Assembly: GCA_029933705.1 (NCBI GenBank)
Contig: JAOZNQ010000004.1
Coordinates: 1-33,635 of the forward strand
Source of the DNA: a bacterium
Lineage (GTDB): Bacteria; Hydrothermota; Tepidihabitantia; SM23-42
Length of the DNA stretch: 33,635 nt
Reading direction: 5' to 3'
Position 1 is the first letter of the stretch; every line of letters begins with the position of its first letter. The notes under the pieces were generated by a model. The model was not told where the DNA came from and searched no databases. It saw only the letters and a program-made list of their open reading frames with translations. This document shows positions 9,707-19,385 of the stretch, piece by piece. The translations under genes were made by a program, and so were the position numbers.

Positions 9707-11487
9707 ACTATTTTTTCAGTATCTTTCTGAGAGATTTAAATAGAGAGAAGTTTTATGAAATAATTGAAACCTTGGAGCAATTCTCCGGAAGTATCGTTGA
9801 GGTTGAGAAGAGTCTGATCCTCGGTCAATCTGATACCGTTGAGATTGTCGCCTCACTTTTGAAGATGCGTGAATTCTACCCGGAGATGAGGTTCGGTTTT
9901 TCCCAGTATCCAGGTCTTGCCAAGGGCCTTTCCCGTATTGCGAAGTTCGGCGAGGTCCTGATATCTGAAGAGGTTGAGCAGAAACTCCTCGACGACTTTG
10001 AAATCACCTCGCTGGGTATGCTCACGATTGAAGGGATGTCGAGCCAGATACTCGTCTGCAGGATTGACCAGCCCCGGGGAGATTTGAAATTTCCCAAGCA
10101 GATAAGAAAAGAAAATAGAATCTCCCGGGCGGGTCAGATTGATGCCATGGAGAATCTTTTGAGTGTTTCTAATGCGGTTTTGATTGTTGGACCTACCGGA
10201 ATCGGAAAGACGGTCTTCATTGACCAGCTGGTAGAGAGATGGCAGGAACAAAAAGAAGTCCTGCGCACGGTCTGTCCACCCATTATTCGGCGTCTCAGTC
10301 TGGAACCGATTATGGAACTTGTTGAGCAGTTGTTGGAGATTGAGGATGTCGAATCGATTGGAGAAAAACAGCAGGCTATTGAAAGGCGTCTCAAGGAACT
10401 GGGTATTGCCGATATCGGCACGACCTATCTTGCAGTGCTCGATTTTTTGGGTCTGAGCGAGGAGGAGACGATTTTAGAGAAGATGGACCTGAAGGTCAGG
10501 GTTGACCTTGTTACTACCAACATTGCTGAAATTATTAAAAGAATGTCCTGGAATCGACCTCTTGTTATTATCGTCGAGGATGTTGAGAATATGGATCCGT
10601 CTTCGGTCAATTTTATGCAGAACCTTATACTTAAATTGGCCGATGAAAATGTATATTTTATTTTCTCCTCAGCCCTCTCCCAGGTGAACATTTCAGGAAT
10701 CAAGGAATTTGAATTGCGCGAGATCGAGAGGGAGGATTTGATAAACCTGGTCAAGAACGAAATTAATGAAGAGATTAAATTCGCTGCTGCCACCCCACTC
10801 CATATTGCACAGTTTTTACGACTTTATAGGGAGGAGAGGCTCGACTATTTTTATAAACAGTACCAGGGTGAAGCTGCAATCGGAGGCTTTAACCTCCCAT
10901 TCCATGACTTTAAGACAGTGGTCAAACGCCGGGTCGAACTACTGGAAGAGAAGAAGGATTTTATTTATAATCTTGCTATCGCCGGGATTAAGATTATCCC
11001 CGATGAGTTTCCTGTGGACAAAGATAATCTTGGACTCTTTGAATATTTTGTAAAAAGGGGCTTCCTGCGTCGATTTTTAAACTATTACATATTTATAAAT
11101 CCGTTACTCCATAATGAAATCTATGACCTCATCCCGGATAAGAAGAGACGACATCAACATCTGGCAGATTATTACAGTAGGCTTGAAGGATATGAAGAGC
11201 TTGCTGCCTACCATCTTCAGCAGGCGGAGAGTTACAACAAGGCGATTGAGTATCTGATAAAATCTGCTCAGTTAGTAGTTGGAAAAGGGGCGTATGATTC
11301 AGGCATCAATTACTACAAGAAGGCCCTCGAGTTATGTCAGCAGCATCGGGAGCTTGCCAATCTGGAGATTCTGGTGGCTATAAATGAGGGTCTGGCCGAT
11401 ATCTATCGTGCCCTGGATGATGAGGAGACTGCATTAAAATATTATAAGGTTGTTCTGGATAGTTATAAAGAAATTCTTAAGGAATGA
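9703..11487 (+). CDS. Degenerate class III nucleotide-cyclase-like domain + AAA ATPase + TPR protein
   Basis: N-terminal cyclase-like tail GEVLISEE..F..LG..IEG; Walker A GPTGIGKT; Walker B IIVEDVENMD; C-terminal TPR helices (ELAAYH, YYKKAL). Confidence 0.7.
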   Translation: MNYFFSIFLRDLNREKFYEIIETLEQFSGSIVEVEKSLILGQSDTVEIVASLLKMREFYPEMRFGFSQYPGLAKGLSRIAKFGEVLISEEVEQKLLDDFEITSLGMLTIEGMSSQILVCRIDQPRGDLKFPKQIRKENRISRAGQIDAMENLLSVSNAVLIVGPTGIGKTVFIDQLVERWQEQKEVLRTVCPPIIRRLSLEPIMELVEQLLEIEDVESIGEKQQAIERRLKELGIADIGTTYLAVLDFLGLSEEETILEKMDLKVRVDLVTTNIAEIIKRMSWNRPLVIIVEDVENMDPSSVNFMQNLILKLADENVYFIFSSALSQVNISGIKEFELREIEREDLINLVKNEINEEIKFAAATPLHIAQFLRLYREERLDYFYKQYQGEAAIGGFNLPFHDFKTVVKRRVELLEEKKDFIYNLAIAGIKIIPDEFPVDKDNLGLFEYFVKRGFLRRFLNYYIFINPLLHNEIYDLIPDKKRRHQHLADYYSRLEGYEELAAYHLQQAESYNKAIEYLIKSAQLVVGKGAYDSGINYYKKALELCQQHRELANLEILVAINEGLADIYRALDDEETALKYYKVVLDSYKEILKE

Positions 11488-13496
11488 TAATCATCTTATA
11501 CCTGGGGATGGCCGTAGATACAGCTCCGGGTGATACGGTCGATATAATCCATTATCAGGCAAAAGAGATTGTATACGATTTAGAAAAATCGTTGATAACC
11601 CTTTCTGACTCTTCGATAATTACATACCGAGATATCAAATTGACATCAGATAGTGCATATTATCACATTGATGAAAATGTTCTTGAGGCCTTCGGAAATT
11701 GCGACCTCAGGCAGATGGGTGATTCGATCAAGGGCGATTATCTTAAGTATAATATTGAAAATAGAAAGGCATTGATGACCAACGCACGAACCCAGATCGG
11801 TAAGGGATTTCTTGAAGGAAAGAAGGTTATTTGGGTGAGTAAGGATGTTATAAATGCCTACGACGGCGTGTATACCACCTGTAGTAATACACCTCCCCAT
11901 TACTATTTCTACTCCCCGAAAATGAAGATATATCTTGGAGATATGGTTATTGCCCGACCGATCTTTCTCTATATCCAGGGTGTTCCAGTTGTGGCCGCGC
12001 CGTTCTGGTTTGTTCCCATATCGAAGAAACGCAAGTCCGGACTTTTGCCATTTCGGGCCGGAAATTCCCGCGATTTTGGAAAATTTATTCGCGGTTTTGC
12101 CTATTATTTCGTCATCTCAGATTATGCAGACCTCACCCTCCAGGTTGATGCTATGGAGAAGAAGGGGATAATGCCACACTTAGAGGCTATCTGGGATTAT
12201 AACCCATTCACCAAAGGAACGATCCACAGCTCTTATATAAAAGAAACAGATACCAGGCGGAAACGGTATAGTATCGAGGCGAGAAACAGTTCTCCATATT
12301 TTCTTCTGGGTTCGAGTTTCAATTGCGACATTCACTATATCAGCGATAATCAATATCAGCAGGATTTTACAGATACTACAGTATTATGGTTGAAGAAAGA
12401 GATTTCATCACAGGCAACCATCACCGGGGAGTTCAATAGTATAAAGAATACCCTTTTTTTCGAACGGATGGAAAACATAGCTGACAGCACGATAATTGAA
12501 AAACTCCCCGGCTATTCGTTCTCTACACCCTCACGCCTTCTCTTTTCAACGATAAATTATTCGGTCGCTGGACATTTTACCCGTGAACAATACCAATCAT
12601 CTGTTGATACAACCCGGGTTGTGGGCGCGGATATCAGTACCGCCCCTTCATTTAAGCAGAATATACTGGGTCTATTTACAATTTCACCTCGAGTCAATTT
12701 CGATCTTGCGGGATTTGATCAGGATACTGCAGGAAATAGGTTGCGGATGCGTGCTGCATATTCATTTACGACCAGTGCAACGACGATCTTCTACCGGATC
12801 TTTGGACTGGAACTTCTGGGCTTCCATGGTATCCTGCATAAGGTGATTCCACAGATTTCATATTCTTATACCCCTGATTTTCATTCGGAGCGGTTTCCTG
12901 TGGTCTCCGGAATTCCCAGGTTCACTCCCTGCAATCAGATCGCCTTTGGGATCGGTCAGGAGTTTGAAGCGAAGTTTGGTGAAGAGTTGAAGAAGATTCA
13001 TGTCCTCAAGATGAACTGGAATGGTGCGTATAATCTTCTCACCGATTCTTTGACGCCATTTAAATTTTTTGGGGAATTGCCGGCGAACCTTTTTCCTGGA
13101 CCGATCAGCAGTTTTAATTTAAACATAAGAGGTGAATGGAATCCATATAATTATGACTACACCTATACCATAACAAATTCAATCTCTTTTGTACTGAGTT
13201 TCTTTTCAATAAATCTGAATCAGAGTTATACAAAAGCGGGGACATATCAGATTTGGTTCAATGGGAAGTTGAAACCGACACGCAACTGGCTTGTTTCATA
13301 TTCGGCGCGTTATGATTGGGAGACAAAGCGTCTGGTCAATTATAGTTTCAATCTCCAGCGTGACCTCCATTGCTGGCAGGCAAATTTCAGTTTCAATCAA
13401 CTCGGAGATGTGTGGCGCTATGACTTCAAGGTTCAGATTAAAGAGATTCCCGAGGTGCAGATTGGAAAGGGGCTCCTCGGTTATATCTTTGAATAG
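11484..13496 (+). CDS. lptD: LPS-assembly protein LptD
   Basis: OstA-like N-terminus, YTTC..PHY, RKSGLL, C-terminal barrel with RDLHCW. Confidence 0.85.
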   Translation: MIIILYLGMAVDTAPGDTVDIIHYQAKEIVYDLEKSLITLSDSSIITYRDIKLTSDSAYYHIDENVLEAFGNCDLRQMGDSIKGDYLKYNIENRKALMTNARTQIGKGFLEGKKVIWVSKDVINAYDGVYTTCSNTPPHYYFYSPKMKIYLGDMVIARPIFLYIQGVPVVAAPFWFVPISKKRKSGLLPFRAGNSRDFGKFIRGFAYYFVISDYADLTLQVDAMEKKGIMPHLEAIWDYNPFTKGTIHSSYIKETDTRRKRYSIEARNSSPYFLLGSSFNCDIHYISDNQYQQDFTDTTVLWLKKEISSQATITGEFNSIKNTLFFERMENIADSTIIEKLPGYSFSTPSRLLFSTINYSVAGHFTREQYQSSVDTTRVVGADISTAPSFKQNILGLFTISPRVNFDLAGFDQDTAGNRLRMRAAYSFTTSATTIFYRIFGLELLGFHGILHKVIPQISYSYTPDFHSERFPVVSGIPRFTPCNQIAFGIGQEFEAKFGEELKKIHVLKMNWNGAYNLLTDSLTPFKFFGELPANLFPGPISSFNLNIRGEWNPYNYDYTYTITNSISFVLSFFSINLNQSYTKAGTYQIWFNGKLKPTRNWLVSYSARYDWETKRLVNYSFNLQRDLHCWQANFSFNQLGDVWRYDFKVQIKEIPEVQIGKGLLGYIFE

Positions 13497-13501
13497 AAGA
13501 G

Positions 13502-15208
13502 CTACTGGAGGAAGAAGTCATCGCGATTGTCTTCGATCTCCTCCGGAGTGAAGAGTTCCTGGGTAATGAGGTTGAGACGTTCCTGCCTTTTGTACTGAAG
13601 TAGCCGCACCATATTCGAATCGACAGGGGTTATAATCTTACGGTCACAGCGGATGATATATCCTGCCCAATCGGTAACCAGTGGGGGTGAGATTTCATTT
13701 TCATTCAGCGAGGCGACCACACCGGCAAATTCCTCGCCGTAGGCGGTGGCAATCTGAACCAGGGTCTGGTCCTTTATCCCGGACTGGTATGAAATCAGGG
13801 TATCGGTCTTGCTCAATTCAGCCATTGTCTTACCTGTATTCAACTGGTCATAGAGTTCTGCCATATATTGTTTCAGGTTGTCTTTCAGAACCTTATTCTC
13901 CAGTCGCGCCTTGATCCTTGGCCTGGCATCCTCTAATGTCAATTCTTTTGCAGGAATTATTGAGTCGAGTGCAAACAGGTAATAACCGCCGATACTGCTA
14001 AAGGGTCCACCGATATCCTTTGGTCCGGCATGGAAGGTGAAATCTTTCAGTTTCTTTTTATTATTTACTGGAAAATCCACGCCATCCGCGGTGAAGGGGA
14101 TGGTCTGGCGTACCGGTATCTCAAAGTCTATTGCGGTAGAATCAAAACCTATCTCCTTGGCAGATTCCTTGAATGCATTGATGCGGTCGTAGATATCATC
14201 AACCGTGGTTGCAGAGACTTCAATATTTGCCTTGACCCGATAGAATAGTCCTTTGTGCACACGTTTGATTACCTCAAAACCGTGCGCACCCTTGAATATC
14301 CCTGAGACCTCTCCATCTTTCAGGCTCTTGTATACCTTTAAGAGATATGGTTTGACCAGCGATTCTTTTTCAAAGCGGTATTCAACAAGGGTATCATCAG
14401 AGACATCCTTTGCCAGTTTCAGAAAATCTTCGCCCAGTTTTAACTCGGCAAGAAAGTCCTCAAGCCGTTCCCGGGCCTCGGTTGTATCTGCGGATGAAGG
14501 CCGGCGTGGGAAATAGACATACTTCAATATCCTTTTCTCGGGAATGACGAATTCCTTTTTATGCTTTTTATAGTAATTTTCAATTTTGGTATCATCTATA
14601 TTCACCCTTGAGTGCATTTTGTAAAGTGCAATATTGATAAAAGAGAAGTCATATTTCGTATTCTGCCAGAGAAGGAGAATACTATCCTCAAATGGTGAAA
14701 CCCAGCCGAGGGTGGTCAGTATGGTGCGGGCCTTTTCCTTGGGAAGTTCACTCCGTAGTTGTTGTTCATATTGATATAACCACTGGATGCTCTGGGGTGC
14801 CTTCAGGAGCTGGTAATACTTGTTCCAGTCGAATTTCCCATTCTCATCTTTCATATATTCGGAATTGTAGATCTCAGGCGGGGGATTATTTTTGATAATC
14901 GCCCAGATCTCTTCGTCGGTTACTGAAATTCGTTCTTTCTGGAGTAAGCGTGACCACATAATATCATCGATGAGCATAGACCAGATCTCATCCCTGGTTA
15001 TGCCCTTCTGGCTGTTTTCTTTGTTACGGACATAATTTATGTAGTCCTGATATGAGATAGTGATTCCGTCAATTTTGGCAATATTCTTTGACCTCATGCC
15101 GCGACGTCCGGTTACATTCAACCCCCAGTTGAAAAATATTAAGAGGGCGAAGCCTGCCAGAGCAATAAAGAGGATCAATCTTGTCTTTTTCCTTAACTGT
15201 TGCATCAT
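13502..15208 (-). CDS. PpiD/SurA-type membrane-anchored chaperone/peptidyl-prolyl isomerase
   Basis: MMQQLRKK followed by a TM anchor, SurA_N region (ISVTDEEI), parvulin-like DFLKLAKDVSDD. Confidence 0.8.
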   Translation of the reverse strand: MMQQLRKKTRLILFIALAGFALLIFFNWGLNVTGRRGMRSKNIAKIDGITISYQDYINYVRNKENSQKGITRDEIWSMLIDDIMWSRLLQKERISVTDEEIWAIIKNNPPPEIYNSEYMKDENGKFDWNKYYQLLKAPQSIQWLYQYEQQLRSELPKEKARTILTTLGWVSPFEDSILLLWQNTKYDFSFINIALYKMHSRVNIDDTKIENYYKKHKKEFVIPEKRILKYVYFPRRPSSADTTEARERLEDFLAELKLGEDFLKLAKDVSDDTLVEYRFEKESLVKPYLLKVYKSLKDGEVSGIFKGAHGFEVIKRVHKGLFYRVKANIEVSATTVDDIYDRINAFKESAKEIGFDSTAIDFEIPVRQTIPFTADGVDFPVNNKKKLKDFTFHAGPKDIGGPFSSIGGYYLFALDSIIPAKELTLEDARPRIKARLENKVLKDNLKQYMAELYDQLNTGKTMAELSKTDTLISYQSGIKDQTLVQIATAYGEEFAGVVASLNENEISPPLVTDWAGYIIRCDRKIITPVDSNMVRLLQYKRQERLNLITQELFTPEEIEDNRDDFFLQ

Positions 15209-15210
15209 AA

Positions 15211-16464
15211 TTACCTCCTTTGGTTAAGAACAGGCAAGACCACCTTCCCATTGGGGATGATAAATAGTTTGTAATCATTCCCGTGCTCACCTTTTATCTT
15301 TTCAATGGCATCGTTCAATTCGGTTATCGGTTTGAACCCGAGTGATTTCACAGTTTCAGGCTCCAGGTCTGAGAGCACATAGACCTTGTGTTCTTTTAAA
15401 ATTCGGGCGGTAACAAATGCCCGATGACCTCCGATTTCAATCTTATCTTCAGGATAGCCGAGAAGCCGGTCAATACTGTTTTCCTGCATAAGTTTTAAAA
15501 ATTTCATGTTGCCGAACCCCTCCTGACATCGAGCAATGAGAATAATACTGCCTTTCGGTTTGAGTGCACGCATCGCCAGATTCAAGGACTTATGGCTGTT
15601 ATAGAAATCTTTATCGTATGGATAACCTCCGGCACTGACAATCACCGCATCGGCTGGTTGTGTAATGGTCTGTTTCCTCTGCGTGCAGAAGTATTCTACG
15701 GCCTGTTCAAAAGCAAATATCGGGTTACCAAAAAAGACCCGTGATGTTTTTCGGGTCGGGGTCTCCACAACATTCACCAGGTAATCCGGTTTGAAGAGTT
15801 CGGCTGCCTCGGCCATCTCCTGGGCGATGATATTATTTTTCAGTTCAGCAATGGCAACTCCGGGTCGGCGCAGTTTTGAATGATTCGCCCTTGTGGTATT
15901 ATATGAAGATATTCCAGGCAAGATCGATTTCCTTCCTCCGGAGAACCCTGCAAGATAGTGGAAGTCAACCCGACCGGTCAGAATCACGAATTCAGCTTCC
16001 CTTGCCCGTCGGTTCACCTCCACCACCAGATTTGTGCTCGTCTTACCGATACGGACGAGTTCATTGCGGCAGTTATGGAAGGTGAATTCGAATTCATCAA
16101 GAAGCCTGCCGTAGAGTCTTCTGTTCTCTTCCGGGGTGTGGAGGCGGTGGGTGCCGATTGCAATGATGAAATGGATATTCTTTTCATCTACCCCGGCATC
16201 AACAATTTCGCCAATTAAGAATCTCAAGATTTCCTGATAATTGGCGATTGAACGGGTTATATCCGAAACAAGGATCACCAGATCCCTGGGCCGGTTTCGG
16301 CGCAGAAGTTTGACCAATCTCGGGGCACCAATCGGTGCTGTTACACCACTTTTCAACAGTTCTTCAATTCTTAGAGGCTCATCAGGTTTTGGTTCCAATA
16401 CCGCCAGTAAATTTCTCTCAGGTACATTACAGGTAATGGTGCTGGTGCCGTATTTCAATTCCAT
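15211..16464 (-). CDS. larA: LarA family nickel-pincer racemase/epimerase
   Basis: SDITR, AIGTHR, FHYLAGFSGGRKSILPG, SAGGYPYD, GGH. Confidence 0.85.
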   Translation of the reverse strand: MELKYGTSTITCNVPERNLLAVLEPKPDEPLRIEELLKSGVTAPIGAPRLVKLLRRNRPRDLVILVSDITRSIANYQEILRFLIGEIVDAGVDEKNIHFIIAIGTHRLHTPEENRRLYGRLLDEFEFTFHNCRNELVRIGKTSTNLVVEVNRRAREAEFVILTGRVDFHYLAGFSGGRKSILPGISSYNTTRANHSKLRRPGVAIAELKNNIIAQEMAEAAELFKPDYLVNVVETPTRKTSRVFFGNPIFAFEQAVEYFCTQRKQTITQPADAVIVSAGGYPYDKDFYNSHKSLNLAMRALKPKGSIILIARCQEGFGNMKFLKLMQENSIDRLLGYPEDKIEIGGHRAFVTARILKEHKVYVLSDLEPETVKSLGFKPITELNDAIEKIKGEHGNDYKLFIIPNGKVVLPVLNQRR

Positions 16465-16469
16465 AGCCT

Positions 16470-16497
16470 ATTTTACCTAAATAGTGGGTTATGTCAA
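16470..16497 (-). promoter_or_regulatory. Promoter TTGACA-16-TAAAAT, ATG 5 nt downstream (larA)
   Basis: Hexamers read directly; no SD. Confidence 0.7.
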
Positions 16498-16630
16498 CGA
16501 CCAAGGGTTCCACGAAAATTGTGGATTGGGTCATTTAATAAAATTTGGCATCTATACTGAACTGGATAATGCGGAAGGGATATCAGCAATAATTCTTTGA
16601 AATTTAATGTCTTTGCGATGCAGATAGTTG

Positions 16631-16658
16631 TTGACAGGGGTTAGATTTTAGATATAAT
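16631..16658 (+). promoter_or_regulatory. Promoter TTGACA-16-TATAAT (leadered, kelch protein gene)
   Basis: Perfect hexamers. Confidence 0.75.
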
Positions 16659-16782
16659 ATAATGTTGAAATCGTTTCAAACTCTTGAAAGGGGGTGATAG
16701 GAGCAAAAAGTCCGGGTTTAAGGGATAGCCTGAAATGAGAAGAAAAATTATCCCAAATAAATAATAAACGAAAGGAGCAGTA

Positions 16783-19215
16783 ATGAAGAAGTTTATTATT
16801 CTGGCGTTATCGCTTTGCTTAATGCCAATCTTTTTGCAGGCAACATCAGAGGATGTTGCAGCAACACCGGCACATGTGTTTAAGGTGCCGAACCCACAAC
16901 CGTCCCATTATGACGGGCCGCGGTCTACGCCGACTCTGGTTGATACAATCGATTTGAGTCCGATAAATCCAACTGGTTATTGCTGGGGTATTACATATGA
17001 CTGGGACCGTGATGTTCTCTGGATAACCCAGTGGAACTCTGCCTATCCCACGGTCTATGCAATTCAGAAGACATCGCCCTGCACTAAGGTCGATTCCTTC
17101 ACCTTAGGCAGTGGCGCCCCTTCATATCACCTTGGTATCGGCTATGCGGGCAATGATATTATGTATATGGCAGGTTTTGACGCCAATGTCTATCAGATTG
17201 ATATGATAACCGGGAATGGAACGGTCTATCGGTCAATGCCCTGGTCCAGTGCTGAAGGTCTGGGATTTAATGCGGTTGATGATGCAATCTATCCGAGCGA
17301 CTGGTCGGCTGATCAGTGTGCCTGGGCAATACCATCTCAGTCTGGTTCCTGGAATACCTGGAGTGTTGCATCAGCTCCCTGTGGAATGTCCGGTGCCTGG
17401 AGCGCATCTACACCTCCGGATATGATTTTCCAGGCTGAGGAAGCGAACCCGGCTCACTTTTATCAGTATAGCGTGAGCGGTGGTGTGCCCAATACCACTC
17501 CAGATTCGGTCTGGGATTGTGACCCTGGACAGACCCAGGGATATGAGGCAGACTGCGCATTTGACGGCCGGTATGTCTATATCCTTGACCAGTCCGGTCC
17601 GGACAAGGTCTGGGTATATGATGTTGGTATTGCAGGGACCAACCACGATGTGGGTACCCAGGCGATTCTTGCACCTGGGGCAACGATTCTGCCCAATACC
17701 ACGATTAATCCCAGTGCCCGATATCGGAATTATGGTGGATATACCGAGACATTTGATGTCTATTTCCTAATCGATTCAGCCGGAGTTAATATCTATAGCC
17801 AGAGCGCAAATATTACTTTGAATTCTGGAACCGATACCACAATCACCTGGCCCAGCTGGACCTCCTGTGGGACAAGCGGTATTACATATGACATCACCGC
17901 CTACACAGTCCTTTCTGGTGACGAGAATCCGGCAAATGACACCCTGACCAGCCAGACCATTGTTACCACTGTTTACTGGGAGATACTCTCTGCCCAATTC
18001 CCATCGCCAAGTTCAGGACACGAGATGGCGACCATACACGATGGTAAATATATGGTCTTTGGCATTAGAACTACCGGTGGTTATTTGAGCCAGACTCAGA
18101 TTTACGACATTGCTGCAGGTTCCTGGAGTGCGGGTCCGGATAATCCATACGGTTGCGGTGCTTATGGTTCTGCCCAGGGTGTGAATGGCAAATACTACAG
18201 AATTGGTGGAACTGATAGCTGGCCAACAGCACTCACAAGGGTTGATATATATGACCCATCTACTAGCCAGTGGTCAAGCGGTGCGGCCTCACCAAGGGCA
18301 TGGATTGACCATGCGACTGGGGTGTATAATGATTCTCTCATCTTCTGTCTTGGTGGTGGTAACTGGGGAACTGGTAATACACCACATACTGATGTATACT
18401 TCTATGATACCTATCTGGATTCCTGGACCCAGGCAACATCAATGCCCGGTGTTGGCAGAGGTTGTCTTGCTGGTGGTGTGATTGATACATTTGCGATTGT
18501 AGCCTGTGGTTATGATGGCACAAGTACCTATCGCAATGACTATATTGTGGGCATCATTGACCAAAGCGATGCCTCCCAGATTGCCTGGGGTTCGCCAACA
18601 AACATTCCAGGAATGGCTGGCCGTTATCGTGTGCCCAGTGGTGTTGACCACGTTAACAAAGAACTCTGGGTAGTGTGTGGACAGATCTCAGGTGGAGCAA
18701 GTGATGAAACCTGGTCATATAACCCATATACCGATACCTGGACCAACTGGAATAAGCCTAAACCACATCCAATGGGTAATGTCTCACCAGTTGTAGTCAC
18801 CACGACCGCTGCGGGTGATTTTGGTGTTTTTGTTGCGAGTGGATATTTTAATGGTTCATACATTACTGACCACGAGGTCTTCCATACCGGTATGACCGGA
18901 ATCGAAGAGAAGCCGGGTGAATTCACCCAGCCGACCGCGTTCGGCTTTGCTCCGGATATGCCGAATCCGGTTAAGGGTTATGCACCGATTACCTATACGA
19001 CCACAAAACCTGGTCCGGTAACACTTAAGGTGTTCGATATCTCTGGTCGACTGGTGAAGACACTGGTCAATCGTGTGGTTGAGCCACAGGGAACAAAGAC
19101 TGTATACTGGACCCTGAAGGATGATTCTCATCGTCCGGTTGCCAATGGTGTCTACTTCTTGAGACTTGAGGTTGGTTCTGAGGTTGCTACGCACAAGCTT
19201 ACGGTTGTGAAGTAA
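16783..19215 (+). CDS. Secreted beta-propeller / CARDB-like Ig / kelch-repeat protein with FlgD-Ig/T9SS-type C-terminal domain
   Basis: Signal peptide; DENPANDTL Ig motif; GG...YD...W kelch repeats; tail PNP...LKVFDISGRLVKTL...NGVYFLRL...HKLTVVK. Confidence 0.85.
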   Translation: MKKFIILALSLCLMPIFLQATSEDVAATPAHVFKVPNPQPSHYDGPRSTPTLVDTIDLSPINPTGYCWGITYDWDRDVLWITQWNSAYPTVYAIQKTSPCTKVDSFTLGSGAPSYHLGIGYAGNDIMYMAGFDANVYQIDMITGNGTVYRSMPWSSAEGLGFNAVDDAIYPSDWSADQCAWAIPSQSGSWNTWSVASAPCGMSGAWSASTPPDMIFQAEEANPAHFYQYSVSGGVPNTTPDSVWDCDPGQTQGYEADCAFDGRYVYILDQSGPDKVWVYDVGIAGTNHDVGTQAILAPGATILPNTTINPSARYRNYGGYTETFDVYFLIDSAGVNIYSQSANITLNSGTDTTITWPSWTSCGTSGITYDITAYTVLSGDENPANDTLTSQTIVTTVYWEILSAQFPSPSSGHEMATIHDGKYMVFGIRTTGGYLSQTQIYDIAAGSWSAGPDNPYGCGAYGSAQGVNGKYYRIGGTDSWPTALTRVDIYDPSTSQWSSGAASPRAWIDHATGVYNDSLIFCLGGGNWGTGNTPHTDVYFYDTYLDSWTQATSMPGVGRGCLAGGVIDTFAIVACGYDGTSTYRNDYIVGIIDQSDASQIAWGSPTNIPGMAGRYRVPSGVDHVNKELWVVCGQISGGASDETWSYNPYTDTWTNWNKPKPHPMGNVSPVVVTTTAAGDFGVFVASGYFNGSYITDHEVFHTGMTGIEEKPGEFTQPTAFGFAPDMPNPVKGYAPITYTTTKPGPVTLKVFDISGRLVKTLVNRVVEPQGTKTVYWTLKDDSHRPVANGVYFLRLEVGSEVATHKLTVVK

Positions 19216-19231
19216 TTATACAGTTTAAGAT

Positions 19232-19265
19232 AAAGCCCCCGCACAAAAAGTGCGGGGGCTTTTTT
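19232..19265 (+). terminator. Intrinsic terminator
   Basis: AAAGCCCCCGCAC-AAAAA-GTGCGGGGGCT followed by a T-tract. Confidence 0.9.
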
Positions 19266-19350
19266 ATACCGATTTTTTATTTTCAGAGAAAATGGGCGAT
19301 AAATCGGTTTTATAGTAGTTTCTGCAGTTGGGAAAAATTAGTTTATATCA

Positions 19351-19378
19351 TTGACTTGAATTGAAAAAATGGTATAAT
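19351..19378 (+). promoter_or_regulatory. Promoter TTGACT-16-TATAAT, ATG 7 nt downstream (serS)
   Basis: Hexamers read directly; no SD. Confidence 0.75.
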
Positions 19379-19385
19379 AGTCATA

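Noticed and set aside
16660-16782. Riboswitch or uORF in the kelch-gene leader (GAAAGGGGGTGA SD-like motif)
   Set aside because: No suitably spaced start codon, and no recognisable aptamer or terminator
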